A stretch of 51,951 nucleotides of DNA from Octopus bimaculoides (GCF_001194135.2 NC_068983.1:1481923-1533873); one strand, 5' to 3'; numbered from the stretch's first letter, positions 24,763 through 37,305 are shown. The notes: a model not told the origin generated them from the letters alone. Numbers and translations are program-made.

Positions 24763-25758
24763 TTGGGTTGGCAACTAAGTTCCCGCCGTTTAAAAAAAAT
24801 TTATTGCGTTTTTCAATTTTGGAATCTATTTTTTTCGAGAATTCTATTTTAAAATCATTTTGAAATTTATTTATTTATTTTTTTTCTTGTTAATTTTGGT
24901 TAATTTCTGTTTATTAAAAATGGAATGCCAAGTTAAGAAAAACGGGCGTTTTCGACACCTACTTCCTTTTGCTTTTAACCAAGGTTTTAAGGCCGCAAAA
25001 GCTGCACGCGACATTTGTGCTGTGTATGGAGAGGGTGCCATAGCTGAAAGAACCACTCGTGATTGGTGTGCCAAGTTCAAAAATGGAAATTTTGACCTCA
25101 ACTTGTTCTGGCTGTCGAGTTGAGTTCGATGAATAGCGATTAAACCAACTTTTGCACGGAAATTCTCGTCAAACGACAAGGGAACTGGCAGAGAGAATGG
25201 AATGCTCCCACACTGCTATAGAGAAGCATCGTCACTCGATGGAAAATTTTCAGAAGCATGGAGCATGGGTTCTGCGTGTTTTAAGTGGCAACAACAAAAA
25301 TCAACGAGCCACAATCTCCGCTGGTTTGCTTGCTCGTCACCACTCAACTCATGGACACAAGCAACGATTTCTTTACCGAATCGTTACTGGCGNNNNNNNN
25401 NNCACCAATATGACCAAGGAAGCCATTCAAATGCATCGCTGGGAAATGCTGCCACACCCGCCGAACTCTCCTGATTTGGCACCAACGGATTTCCACCTCT
25501 TTCGATCTCTTTCAAATGCTATGCGCAGAGTTTCGTTCAATATTGATGCAGAATTGAGAGCTTGGTTGGAGCAATTTTTCGAGTCGAAATCGGGTGATTT
25601 CTACCAACGAGGTATTGAAAATCTTGGTGAACGTTGGGAAGAAGTTGTAAACAACAAGGGCGAATACATTATTAATTAATTAGTTGTTATCTTTTATTAA
25701 ACCTTTTAAAAAATGTAAATTAAAAAATAAAACGGCGGGAACTTAGTTGCCAACCTAA
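24763..25758 (+). mobile_element. Mariner DNA transposon (mellifera-like TIR), transposase disrupted, small gap inside
   Basis: 29-bp TIRs ttgggttggcaactaagttcccgccgttt / aaacggcgggaacttagttgccaacctaa and TA TSDs at 24761-24762 and 25759-25760. Protein motifs MECQVKKN..AVYGEG..KFKNGNFDL, RIVTG and HPPNSPDLAPTDFHLFRSL. Confidence 0.95.
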
Positions 25759-26582
25759 TACATAATTCCTCGTCTCTTAATAGTAGAACTGGAGTACCAG
25801 TTGTCAGAATAGTGGCGCAATAGAAAATACATCTTGCCAGACAAACTAATTTCCTGTATCTAGATATTGTGTTACTGTGGTCGAGAAAAGAATCCCATTA
25901 TTCATTTAAGTTGACATTCGAAACAGCAAGCACCTCCACATCAACAACACCACATTTCTCGAATCAAAATAGATCTGCACGACCTTATAACATATTTATG
26001 AGGATGCTTTGATTTTATCATTGTTAAAGCTGCTGGCTCAATGTTTTACACAGTTTGAAAATAACTCACCTAAAAATCAATGAACAAAGAGAGGAGTACA
26101 TTTAGTTGTGTTTATTTTTTTTCTCCATCAGTGGTCAATCAAATGCACAACAGACCGTCAGTCAAATAGCACCACTTAAATGGAATGGAAATTCTAAATT
26201 AATCTTTGAACAAAAGAAACCGAATTTTCAAGTATTCGAGACAAAGCATTTCCCATTTTCTTTGCAAATGGTATGAATGCTTTCCAAAAATGTAAAATTA
26301 ATCTCAGCTACGATGTCATCACTACTCCATATAATATTGTTACTGATTAAGATATATCTACATCGTTAAAACTAGCACTCTTCCTTCTTTAATTACATGA
26401 CAGCAATTATCTACATTAATTTAATTAAAACGAATGCTAGCATTAATTGTTCATGAACAATAAACTCTCAGAAATATACTGTAACAAGTTGGATGTGAAA
26501 CTTATTTGTATCGGAAGAGAATAACTTGTGGTCTTCCTGCAAATGCGTTGATTTCTAAGCAATAGCGATTTACTAAACGTAC

Positions 26583-26586
<4 letters not shown>

Positions 26587-26612
<26 letters not shown>
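26587..26612. repeat. (TA)n microsatellite
   Basis: Direct reading. Confidence 0.95.
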
Positions 26613-26618
<6 letters not shown>

Positions 26619-27589
26619 GATCTATAATTAGTTTAGTGCCATTGATATAGCTGCATCTAAATGAGGATGTTTATATAGTTGTTCGTTTCCTGTATGTAGG
26701 AGTATACACTCTTTTCGTTGAAATTTACTATAGAAAATCGCAGATTTGTATATATGCGTACACTAAAGTGAGTACATGTGCATATGTACATACACTAGTG
26801 GTTGAGTTCATATTGTAGATATCAGTGAAATAAATATATATATATTTATAGACACAGAAGCTGTAAGTCACAGATATGCCTATTGTAATACATGCATTCA
26901 TAGAGGTTCACAAATATATAATTAATAAGAAAGAACACATATTTACCTGAAAAGAAATAGGACACACACACACAGAGTAATGCACATGTGTATGTATGTA
27001 TGTGAATTGAACATGTAACCATTTTTACATGAAAACATTTCCACATCAGCCTTCTGCTGACGCATGGGTATCTTTGTATTGGAAACATCTCAGCGCCGCT
27101 GAGATAAAATCTAGTCATGAAATACTTTCCGGCCACGTATAAAATTAAATTGCAATGGTTCAAATATCAATAGATGTCTCATATGGATCATGATTTTTAT
27201 GTCCATGCAATCTGCACACGTTTATTGCTAACTGTTGTCCGCATATATACTAGTATATNNNNNNNNNNCATGTATACGTACATGCATAAATATACATACA
27301 TCTTTGGATGTATGCATATGACAACACAGCCCTTGACTCACTCACACTCTGTCTCTTACAAACACGCACGCGCGCGCATACACACGTGTGTCTTTGTAAA
27401 TATGTTTGTATACATTTATGTATGTGTGTGTTTGTAAGATACAGTGTGTGTGCGTTAATGGGTATGTGTGTGCGTGTGTATGTGTGTGAGACAGAGTGAG
27501 AGAGCGGTGTGTATGTAGTATTTACTCTCTCTCTCTCTCTCTCATACACACGAACACACACACGAACACACAAAATAGAGAATGAAGCT

Positions 27590-27822
27590 TTTTGCGATTG
27601 TTACGTCAATACCGGAAGTTGACATTGAGGAACCTTTTTAAAGAAGTGAATTTTAAATATAAAGCAATATTATTTATTTTTAATTAAAAAAATCAAATGA
27701 AGAGCCTAAGATTTATCCGAGGTCAACTTATTCATGTATTACAAGTTTGGAAGCATTTGGTGAAGTCGATTTCACGTGAAAAACGATTACACACACATCT
27801 CCGTTTTATATATAGTATAGAT
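27590..27822 (+). mobile_element. Possible non-autonomous Helitron/Helentron-like end
   Basis: caagtttgga..gaagtcgatttcacgtgaa..(CA)n..ccgttttatatatagtatagat resembles DINE/HINE-type termini; weak. Confidence 0.3.
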
Positions 27823-28659
27823 TATGTTATAAAATAAGAGCAGGAAAATTACATCAAAAACTCATCACCGAAGATATGGGTCACAATAAGTATTGATTTA
27901 ATAGACAGATTTATAAATATATAAAGTATAATTATTTAAAAAGTTCAAACGGTTAAAATATCTTACGTTCGTTTCCTAATTGTACTACCCTTAGAAATGG
28001 AATCTAAAATTAATAATCGTTATTAGGTAATACATCCGCTCGTCAGAGAGAAAGAGGGTGAATTTCCATGTAGTCAATCGAATGCTATTTAAAAATATTT
28101 GGACCTATATCTTCTGTGATGATATTTTAATGTAATCTTCCTGTTCTTATATTATAAAATAATATATAATCGTTCTTATTAAATGTCTAATTTCCTTTAA
28201 TGTTTTAGATATTTCCCTACCAAGAGCACTTATTAGAAATTCAGTATTTTGTATTCTCATTGAATATATTTGATTAACGATATATATATATCATACATGC
28301 ATGCATACATACATACATATANNNNNNNNNNNNNNNNNNNNNNNNNNNNNNNNNNNNNNNNNNNNNNNNNNNNNNNNNNNNNNNNNNNNNNNNNNNNNNN
28401 NNNNNNNNNNNNNNNNNNNNNNNNNNNNNNNNNNNNNNNNNNNNNNNNNNNNNNNNNNNNNNNNNNNNNNNNNNNNNNNNNNNNNNNNNNNNNNNNNNNN
28501 NNNNNNNNNNNNNNNNNNNNNNNNNNNNNNNNNNNNNNNNNNNNNNNNNNNNNNNNNNNNNNNNNNNNNNNNNNNNNNNNNNNNNNNNNNNNNNNNNNNN
28601 NNNNNNNNNNNNNNNNNNNNNNNNNNNNNNNNNNNNNNNNNTATATATATATATATATC

Positions 28660-28880
28660 GTGCAAGTGGCTGAGCACTCTACAAACACGTGTACCCTTAA
28701 CGTAGTTCTCAGGGAGATTCAGCGTGACACAGTGTGTGAGAAGGCTGGCCCTTTGAAATACCGATACTACTCATTTTTGCCAGCTGAGTGAACTGCAGCA
28801 ACGTGAAATAAAGTGACTTGCTCAGGGATAAAACGCGTCGCCGAGAATTGAAGTCACGACTTTACGATCGTGAGCCGAAT
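28660..28880 (-). mobile_element. SINE family A
   Basis: Reverse complement matches the 23065 copy (cctgagcaagtcactttatttcacgttgctgcagttcactcagctggcaaaaatgagtag). Confidence 0.85.
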
Positions 28881-28881
28881 G

Positions 28882-29310
28882 AAGCTGGCCCTCAACCGCT
28901 GCGACGATGGAGATGTCATCCGCATACGCCGTAACTCCTCTTCCACACTACAGATCACTCGGCGCGCTCCATACTGCCTCTAAGTTCCACAGCTATGGCT
29001 CAAGAACAAACACGTACAAAAGCGGAGACAGGGGACACCCCTGACGCACTGAGCGTTCGATTCTGAATGGCCTCGAAATGAAACCATTCACTTTGATGAC
29101 AGACTCGATGTTGCTGTACAAAGCAGCTATCCAAGGCCAGCTTTTTCGAGGACCACCGCTAAGTACCGATGGTCGACGCTATCAAATGCTTTAGACTGGT
29201 CTAAATGTACCAGTGCACCCCCACCCTGCGCTACAAAGCTTCCCTGCCGTCTCTAAGGAGTAGCTTATAAGGTGGAGATAATTGTGGATCGACCTGCCCG
29301 GGATGGCGCA
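28882..29310 (-). mobile_element. Tx1/L1-clade LINE RT fragment
   Basis: TCAIPGRSIHNYLHLI, LDQSKAFDSVDHRYL, IAALYSNIESVIKVNG, SVRQGCPLSPLLYV, TAYADDI. Confidence 0.9.
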
Positions 29311-29537
29311 AGTTATGCATATATACACATCAGTGGCGTGCAGTCGAGTGGTGCTAGTCATGCACTGCATGTTCGTTGATTTTATATAATTCAAAAATCA
29401 ATTGAAGTACGCAATGTATTTATCACCACATTGAAAAGTTGTCGAAATCATAGGAAACTGAGCTGGAATAGTTACTTGGTTTCAAAGGAAACCCGTCCAG
29501 GTTGATACTTCGCTGTGTTTCCATTTTGATTCCACTA

Positions 29538-30301
29538 NNNNNNNNNNNNNNNNNNNNNNNNNNNNNNNNNNNNNNNNNNNNNNNNNNNNNNNNNNNNNNN
29601 NNNNNNNNNNNNNNNNNNNNNNNNNNNNNNNNNNNNNNNNNNNNNNNNNNNNNNNNNNNNNNNNNNNNNNNNNNNNNNNNNNNNNNNNNNNNNNNNNNNN
29701 NNNNNNNNNNNNNNNNNNNNNNNNNNNNNNNNNNNNNNNNNNNNNNNNNNNNNNNNNNNNNNNNNNNNNNNNNNNNNNNNNNNNNNNNNNNNNNNNNNNN
29801 NNNNNNNNNNNNNNNNNNNNNNNNNNNNNNNNNNNNNNNNNNNNNNNNNNNNNNNNNNNNNNNNNNNNNNNNNNNNNNNNNNNNNNNNNNNNNNNNNNNN
29901 NNNNNNNNNNNNNNNNNNNNNNNNNNNNNNNNNNNNNNNNNNNNNNNNNNNNNNNNNNNNNNNNNNNNNNNNNNNNNNNNNNNNNNNNNNNNNNNNNNNN
30001 NNNNNNNNNNNNNNNNNNNNNNNNNNNNNNNNNNNNNNNNNNNNNNNNNNNNNNNNNNNNNNNNNNNNNNNNNNNNNNNNNNNNNNNNNNNNNNNNNNNN
30101 NNNNNNNNNNNNNNNNNNNNNNNNNNNNNNNNNNNNNNNNNNNNNNNNNNNNNNNNNNNNNNNNNNNNNNNNNNNNNNNNNNNNNNNNNNNNNNNNNNNN
30201 NNNNNNNNNNNNNNNNNNNNNNNNNNNNNNNNNNNNNNNNNNNNNNNNNNNNNNNNNNNNNNNNNNNNNNNNNNNNNNNNNNNNNNNNNNNNNNNNNNNN
30301 N

Positions 30302-30348
<47 letters not shown>

Positions 30349-30373
30349 ACATGTTCAAAAATAAACATATATG

Positions 30374-30412
<39 letters not shown>
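29538..30412. repeat. Assembly gap 29538-30301 followed by (TATC)n and (TA)n
   Basis: Direct reading. Confidence 0.95.
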
Positions 30413-30416
<4 letters not shown>

Positions 30417-30789
30417 CAGATATATAATTTTTCCACTTTAATAGTCAGATGGTTTTACGTTTTGAGGCGTTTGCAAAAGGTGACTTGCTTCTTCATTAGA
30501 AGAGGGGTTTACAAACTGATATTTCAGAGTTTGTTATCAATGTTGTAAGCAGGGCTCTTTAACTACAAACATATGCATGCATGCACACACACACAGACGT
30601 ACACAGACACGAATATATATACACACAGAAACACAAACACACCCATGTATATACATTCATATATACATACCCATACATGTACCTATGCACATATATTCGT
30701 ATATACATACACATGTGTGTATATGAAAGAGGGGAAAGGAATATTAAGTAGACCAAGAACAAAAAAATATAATTTTTTGCTGGTCACCG

Positions 30790-31150
30790 TTGGATGATGC
30801 TCATTTTTGGTTTCGTGTTGATGAGAAGCTTCATAATTTGTTTCCTTTGTGCTTGTTATATATTATTCATCTGTTCTACTTGTTATATGTTCTCCAAATG
30901 ATGTTCCGTATTATTAGAGTTATTCAATCATCCTTTAATAGCAACATGTATGTTTCCTATACGAGATGTATTATTTGATCTGATTTAGAGGGCGTGTGTC
31001 TATCATATCAATTTAGGAGCATTTGATCTTATGTTCTGCTATGTCTTTGAATACTACTCTGTTATAATAACCGTTATTAAATAAAGCTTCTCTTACACGT
31101 CAAGTATCTCTTTAAATGTTTCTGAATGAAAATTTAAAAGATGACCGAAA
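30790..31150 (-). mobile_element. Decayed Penelope-like thumb/linker fragment
   Basis: Minus reading ..V*EALFNNGYYN..HLVYRKHTC..LKDD*..IIRNII..KETNYEASHQ resembles the PLE 'L.NNGY.N...LYY.N.M....DE..L..II' region. Confidence 0.45.
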
Positions 31151-32830
31151 AAAAAGGTTTTAATAAAGTCTCCTCCGGCTTAATGAATCGTGGTTTGTAC
31201 ATTACCCTACACATATTCTCTTTTTGTTTTTATTTGATGTGTAGTTTTGTTAGAATAAAAGTCAAGTGGAAAGACTAGGATTTATTCGAAGCACACATGT
31301 TTAATTATTTACCATTTTTGGAACCTTTGAGGTATTAGTCTCTCGCATTTGTTGACTATAAACATTGAGTATCTTTCTAAAGGTAACTTTCATTTGCCTT
31401 TATAATATTCGGGAAAAGCACGATTGATACTTCCTGTTATAAATAAAAACACCATTCTCATACTTTGGTACACTTTATATTTCCTGTTATATATTTAACC
31501 AATTCTAAATTTGTGACAAGTTTCAATTAACAAAACGAGGTTCGACTGAAGTCAATTTTTACTATATTGTCTCCATAAAGTAAAACAATTCTACAAGCTC
31601 CTGACTGAGCTGTTGCAAATATAGCATGGCTCTAACTCTTTCCATCTAACACAACTTATGACAAATTGTGATACAGGTAATGTAATTAAAAATATATTTT
31701 CACTTCGTTATCTGTCAACTTCAGAGTAGAATTATTTCGATGCCATGCAGCAGTCTTCATTTTTATCATGTTTTATCACTTTCATGATATTTCTTTTCCC
31801 ACATGAAATATATCGCTGATATAACAGCAATATAATACAGTTACACGTTGAGAAAGAGAATACATGTTCAAAGACTAGTTTTCATAAAACTTAAACCACG
31901 TGTTTAATGAAATTTCTATGCAAATCAAGTAACTTTTATATTTTACTCAAACTTTATAAAAGAACGTAAATAAACAATAAAAATGTATAACAGCTAAAAT
32001 TGAGATCTAACGATTTAAAACATAATTTTACAGTGGCTAGAACATCTAATCTGATACACAAACTTAAAAATGGAGAATAAAATAAAATTAATTGTAATCT
32101 TTGAATCATTTGACGTTCATGTTCACAGTTACATTAAAGATATTAATAAAATTGTAAATGATTTACCAAACGAATCAGAAAGATAGAATATTGGTCTTTG
32201 TATGGCACCAATATTATAGCGTCTGATTTACATAGATTTACAAGGACATTTACTAACGCGCTTCAAATTTTTAAAATCAAAACTGATAATTTTACGAGGA
32301 AAATAATTATCGTTCTTCAACGGAGAATGTTGCAGGTCAAAGCTTTTAGGTTGAAAGATGCCACAGCTGGAAGATTCGTGTGTGTCTGGTAAATAAATTT
32401 TCTAATTAATGCACTAAAATCTTTACTACAAATCTCCAATATAATTAAAAAGCAATCTTGAAACAGTTTCTAAATGACTGCTTACTCCTGTGCAGCAAAC
32501 TGAAAAAGTGTTTTAAAAAATCAATCTCTATAACATATAATACAAGGATGTTTAACATGTAAATAGCAGCCGAAAAAAAAAACATCGCTGTTACAATCTT
32601 AAAATAATCTAGTACACATATGATGATGTCTTTTCATGCATATTTAGAAAAGGTGGTCATAATCACAGTTAGAATATTTTGCTGTGCTCTTTTATAGACT
32701 TCCTGTGGAAAAATGAACAAAAACGGCCCGCAAATTGTTCAAGATATGTTAAACAATTTTCAAAATGGATGATACTCAGAATTAACTCTTTAAAACATTC
32801 CCATAATAGGAAATAAACCGTGCCCCCCCC

Positions 32831-32832
<2 letters not shown>

Positions 32833-32872
<40 letters not shown>
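32833..32872. repeat. (TA)n microsatellite
   Basis: Direct reading. Confidence 0.95.
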
Positions 32873-32875
<3 letters not shown>

Positions 32876-33039
32876 CAAGTCTTTGTATTCCCTGCGCTTG
32901 AGAAATTCTTCTGCCGCATTATTATGATCACAAAAAGATACTTGTATAATCAGCAAACAGACTTTATTAGTTTGGTCTTTTAGAACAGTATCCGGTGTAT
33001 TCGATCAGATAATTCTGCTTTTATGTAGAGGGAAGTCCA

Positions 33040-33470
33040 CAGAATCATTAACCTTTCTCCTTCTGTTACAGCCTCATGTTGATCAGTAAACCTCTTGTCA
33101 ACGTTTTATTATTTATAATGCCGACATATTAACCAGTGTAGATGTTGGCCAAATCTGTCGTGCCTTGATTTGCACTCTACTGATGCTAAAGATTTACATA
33201 CAGAAATTGAGTGGTTCACCGTTATAATTTCAACATTGCGGTATCATCACTTGGATCTACTCCATTTTACATCACATTGGGTTGGTAGTTCCGGATCAAT
33301 AAAATATTATCTTTATTAAGATGAAGCTTTCACTCTTTACTTTTAGCCCTGAGATTTGTAACCACTGATTAGTGTGCTTCTGGTTAACATCAATTTGTTT
33401 GCTACGGGCCACATATTTGTCATGGTGTGGTTTCTGTTCTCACCTACCAGCTAATTCTATGTGCTGTTTT
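33040..33470 (-). mobile_element. R4/Dong fragment (pre-CCHC and CCHC region), decayed
   Basis: KPHHDKYVARSKQIDVNQKHTNQWLQISGLK..RNYQ..NGVDP..VCKSLASVECKSRHDRFGQHLHWLICRHY. Confidence 0.75.
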
Positions 33471-33533
33471 TTTTTCGTTGGCATTGATTTTAATTTATTT
33501 GTGACAATATCTGACACTATTATCTTCATAATA

Positions 33534-33678
33534 CTTACATCGTCTTCATAGAACTCAAGTAAAAATTAATCAACGGTTATTGCATCACTCTAATAAAAAA
33601 AACTATCGTGAAATATTGAAATAAAATCTCCGATTTAGTTCCCTTGTACTTAGCGACACTATTATCATCCCAAATGTA
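33534..33678 (+). repeat. 145-bp direct repeat, copy 1
   Basis: Aligns end to end with 34994-35138. Confidence 0.9.
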
Positions 33679-34479
33679 GTGAAAATAAATAGGGAACATG
33701 TTAGTTAATACATAAGTATATAAATAAAAGGGGGTTGTATGGTAGTCATTCCCGTTCTCACCATCCCTATTCAATGATTTCTATTGAACGCAATAAGGGA
33801 ATTAGATTACAAATTGTTGCTGGATTAAAGAGATTAACATCCTCAGAAGATAATGATAGTAAATTTAAACAATGAAATAAGAAAATACCATAAATTTAGT
33901 TTCAAAATAGTTGAAGAATTTAATTTCATCAAGGTTGAACTTTTCAAAGTAATAAAATAAAATGCTGAGAAAGAATGAGTATATTTTTTATTTTTTATCG
34001 CCTCATTAAAAAAAAAAAAAGAATTAATTTGAAAAATTCGTTCATGACAACATTCGTTTTTTAAAAAACAATTTAAAACTATGTTTATGATGTTGTTTAT
34101 ATGACATGGCTTTTTAGTTTACTTTTATTGGTGTTAAATTTACGAATTATATTTCTAGGATTCATTGATCGTTCAAGCCTTCCTGGTCTAATGGTGTAAT
34201 AATGTGCACTAGGATACAATGGGCAGTGATTAGGAGAATGCTAATTACATTAGCAATTAAACCTATGCGTTACGCACCCACTTATTTATTTACTCTCATT
34301 AACAAACTTTCTATGCTGATAATTGAAATAATAATGGTTTCTAATTTAATCACAATGTTAGCATTTACTGGGGAAAGGGAGACATAGAGAGCCGTAAGAA
34401 ATACCACAAACCTTTTTAATTTCGACGCCCCAATGAATTGGCCCGCTCGCCATCATTCACTCCTGGCAGAAGCTTGAGG

Positions 34480-34990
34480 GAAGCGTTAGTCAGTGCCATC
34501 GAATACAGTACTTGGCTGGTACATAATCTTCTGTATATTGAGAGGACAAGAGGTACAAATGGTCTCAGTTGAATTTGAACTCAACACATACAGGATCGGA
34601 AAACTCCTACAGAGCTTTTAGACGACGTTTTATGTACTTTGCCAATCAACTGTTCAAATAATGTCTCCCAAATCGGCACTAGAGTTGAAATTGGTGGAGT
34701 CAGACCCGAGTTCATGACCGCCATTTCCGAGGACGCTCTGACGATTCTGCCAAATCCAGGTTTCAGTAACTTCTAATTTAGGCACGCAGCATCAAACTTA
34801 CAGAGATGTTAGTCAGTTAAATCTATCTCGGTGCATGACTTTTGGCGGCGAGCTGGCACAACCGGTAACTCGTCAGACAAAATACTGCTTATTTTCTAAG
34901 TTCATATCTTACAGAGGACACGTTGCCTTCCATCCTTTTGGCGTTGATATGATAAAGTACTAGTCAAGTAGTGGGGGATCGATGTAATCG
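34480..34990. mobile_element. Cluster of degraded SINE family B copies (minus around 34480-34770, plus around 34843-34990)
   Basis: ggcggcgagctggcac head at about 34843 and gggatcgatgtaatcgat body; reverse-complement remnants upstream. Confidence 0.6.
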
Positions 34991-34993
34991 ATC

Positions 34994-35138
34994 CTTACAT
35001 CGTCTTCATAGAACTCTAGTAAAAATTAATCAACGTTCGTTGTATCACTATAATAAATAAAGCTATTGTGAAATATTGAAATAAAATCTACGATTTAGTT
35101 CTCTTGTACTTAGCGTCAATATTATCATCACAAATGTA
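34994..35138 (+). repeat. 145-bp direct repeat, copy 2
   Basis: Aligns with 33534-33678. Confidence 0.9.
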
Positions 35139-35511
35139 TTTCCATTGATCTAAAGGACCGAAGCAGGGAAAGTTGTGACAGCAGTAATACAATGGAAACA
35201 GGGTGATCAGCATTGAGACCAAGGGCTCAAAGAAAGTTACGGAAAAAAAAAACAGTAAGTATTGGGGTTTATTTCATCGACATTGTATTGTGAAAAGAGA
35301 AAGTTGAAACTGATGGGATTTCAACTCACAGAAAATACTGAATGACGATTCTTTCGATGCTTTAATGACTCGACCAATTAAAAAAATAGTTCCTGCAAAA
35401 ATTGTTTTTGAATTACTTTGAAATTTTCCTTTCTTCCTTGCTCTCCACATCAATATTTTCTCTACAAACGAATACTCACTTAGATTTTCCCTAACACGCA
35501 TAACCCCATAC

Positions 35512-35513
35512 AT

Positions 35514-35555
<42 letters not shown>

Positions 35556-35557
35556 AT

Positions 35558-35603
<46 letters not shown>
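35512..35603. repeat. (CA)n microsatellite
   Basis: Direct reading. Confidence 0.95.
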
Positions 35604-36785
35604 AAAGACATATAACTATCACAAAATATACTTGTACATAATTATAACTATACACACAAATGCGTATGGACGTGCACTCGTATGCGTGCGTCTATATGTG
35701 CTTGGTATGTATGCAACGTTTTTTTATGCATGTGGTTTCAGTCGTTGATTTTGTGAATATGTGCACGTACCTGTTATTTTGTGGCAGTTGGTAGTTCCAT
35801 TATTCAAAGAGCGTTGTTATCGCTGTTATAAGTCCTATATTCGTTTCTTGCTACACTTTTCATTGTCTACTATATTTGCAGTGTGGACAATATTTTGAAG
35901 ACGAATAGATAACTAAGTATANNNNNNNNNNNNNNNNNNNNNNNNNNNNNNNNNNNNNNNNNNNNNNNNNNNNNNNNNNNNNNNNNNNNNNNNNNNNNNN
36001 NTATATATATGAGTGTCCGCAACGAAATATGTTTTCCTATTTACCAGGTGTAGGTGTTGTGTGATTTATTTCTCTTCGATTCGTGGCAGAATATTACTAA
36101 AGTGTTTTGATAAAGAGTTTGACAGTTTATTAGTTCTCATTTTACGTTTGTGTTTATGGTCACTTTTTCAAAATCCCAGCTGTGCTTAGACAGTGATGCA
36201 TTAATTCTGTTAATAACACAGGGATGAGTGCGCGTTTTGTGTATATTAGCTTTAAATATTTTGCCCGTTCCCTCGATATACTTATATCTTTTTCAATGGC
36301 TAACTTGTGACAACATTGTTTTATAGTTTACGCCATTCCTAGGCTGTTGCAACTCATCAGTTATATGATAGAGGTTCTGAAACATGAAAGAAAAAAGTTA
36401 GAAAAACAGCAACAACAAAAAACAATAATCGTTTTCGGAAAAAGATCAAGAGAAATAACAAAATAAAGGCTACCATTAGATTACTGAAAGCCTGAAAAAA
36501 TCCTTAAATACAGAAAAATAAAAATACGTAACAAAAAATACATAGGACTGAATGAAATAAATTCGCGGAGAAGTTTGTAATGAATACAAGTATAAAGCAT
36601 AATGCTGCATGGAGAGATATATAAAACATAGGCCCCAATAATTGCAGCTTGCTTCTATCTGGTCACACTGACATGAAACGGAATCGGGAAAAAAGTCAGT
36701 TTTAGAAAATAGTAAGATACTCTAAAACACGTAGTGAATCCTCTATACCTCACTTGACGACAAAATGTAAGGTTTGAGCGTACCA

Positions 36786-36786
<1 letters not shown>

Positions 36787-36871
<85 letters not shown>

Positions 36872-36972
36872 ACGCACACACACACACACACACACACGCA
36901 CCACACACGCACCACACACGCACCACACACGCGCGAGCACGCACATATGCACTCGCGCACAAACATACACAC
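36787..36972. repeat. Compound (CA)n/(CACG) repeat
   Basis: Direct reading. Confidence 0.95.
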
Positions 36973-37052
36973 GCAAATCAATACCTGTTCAATTGTTGAG
37001 TTATTAGAAAAGCAATTTTACATGAAACTGAAGAATTACTCAATATTTTATG

Positions 37053-37064
37053 CCTGTGACCTGG

Positions 37065-37136
<72 letters not shown>

Positions 37137-37305
37137 TCGGAAAAATACCTTCTGAATGAGATTCGAAATTCCCCCAGGACACCTGATGAAGGCTGGAGAG
37201 TATATCAACTGAAACGTTGTGTTAACAACAAAGAAGATGAGAACAAATATCCGTCAAATGTAAATAATGTATATAATTCCTCATCTCTAAAATATAGAGC
37301 TGTAC
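37053..37305 (+). mobile_element. Solo PLE terminal-repeat fragment: tRNA-segment end, expanded (TAA)n, hammerhead, tail
   Basis: gtgacctg-(TAA)n-aatcggaaaaatacct..ggacacctgatgaaggctgg..gaaacgttgtgttaacaac..aattcctcatctc is the same module as the 23340 and 24468 repeats. Confidence 0.85.
37178..37223 (+). ncRNA. Minimal type-I hammerhead ribozyme (stem II partly mutated)
   Basis: GACAC-CTGATGA-A-GGCTG-gagagtatat-CAACT-GAA-AC-GT-T-GTGTT; stem I GACAC/GTGTT pairs. Confidence 0.7.
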
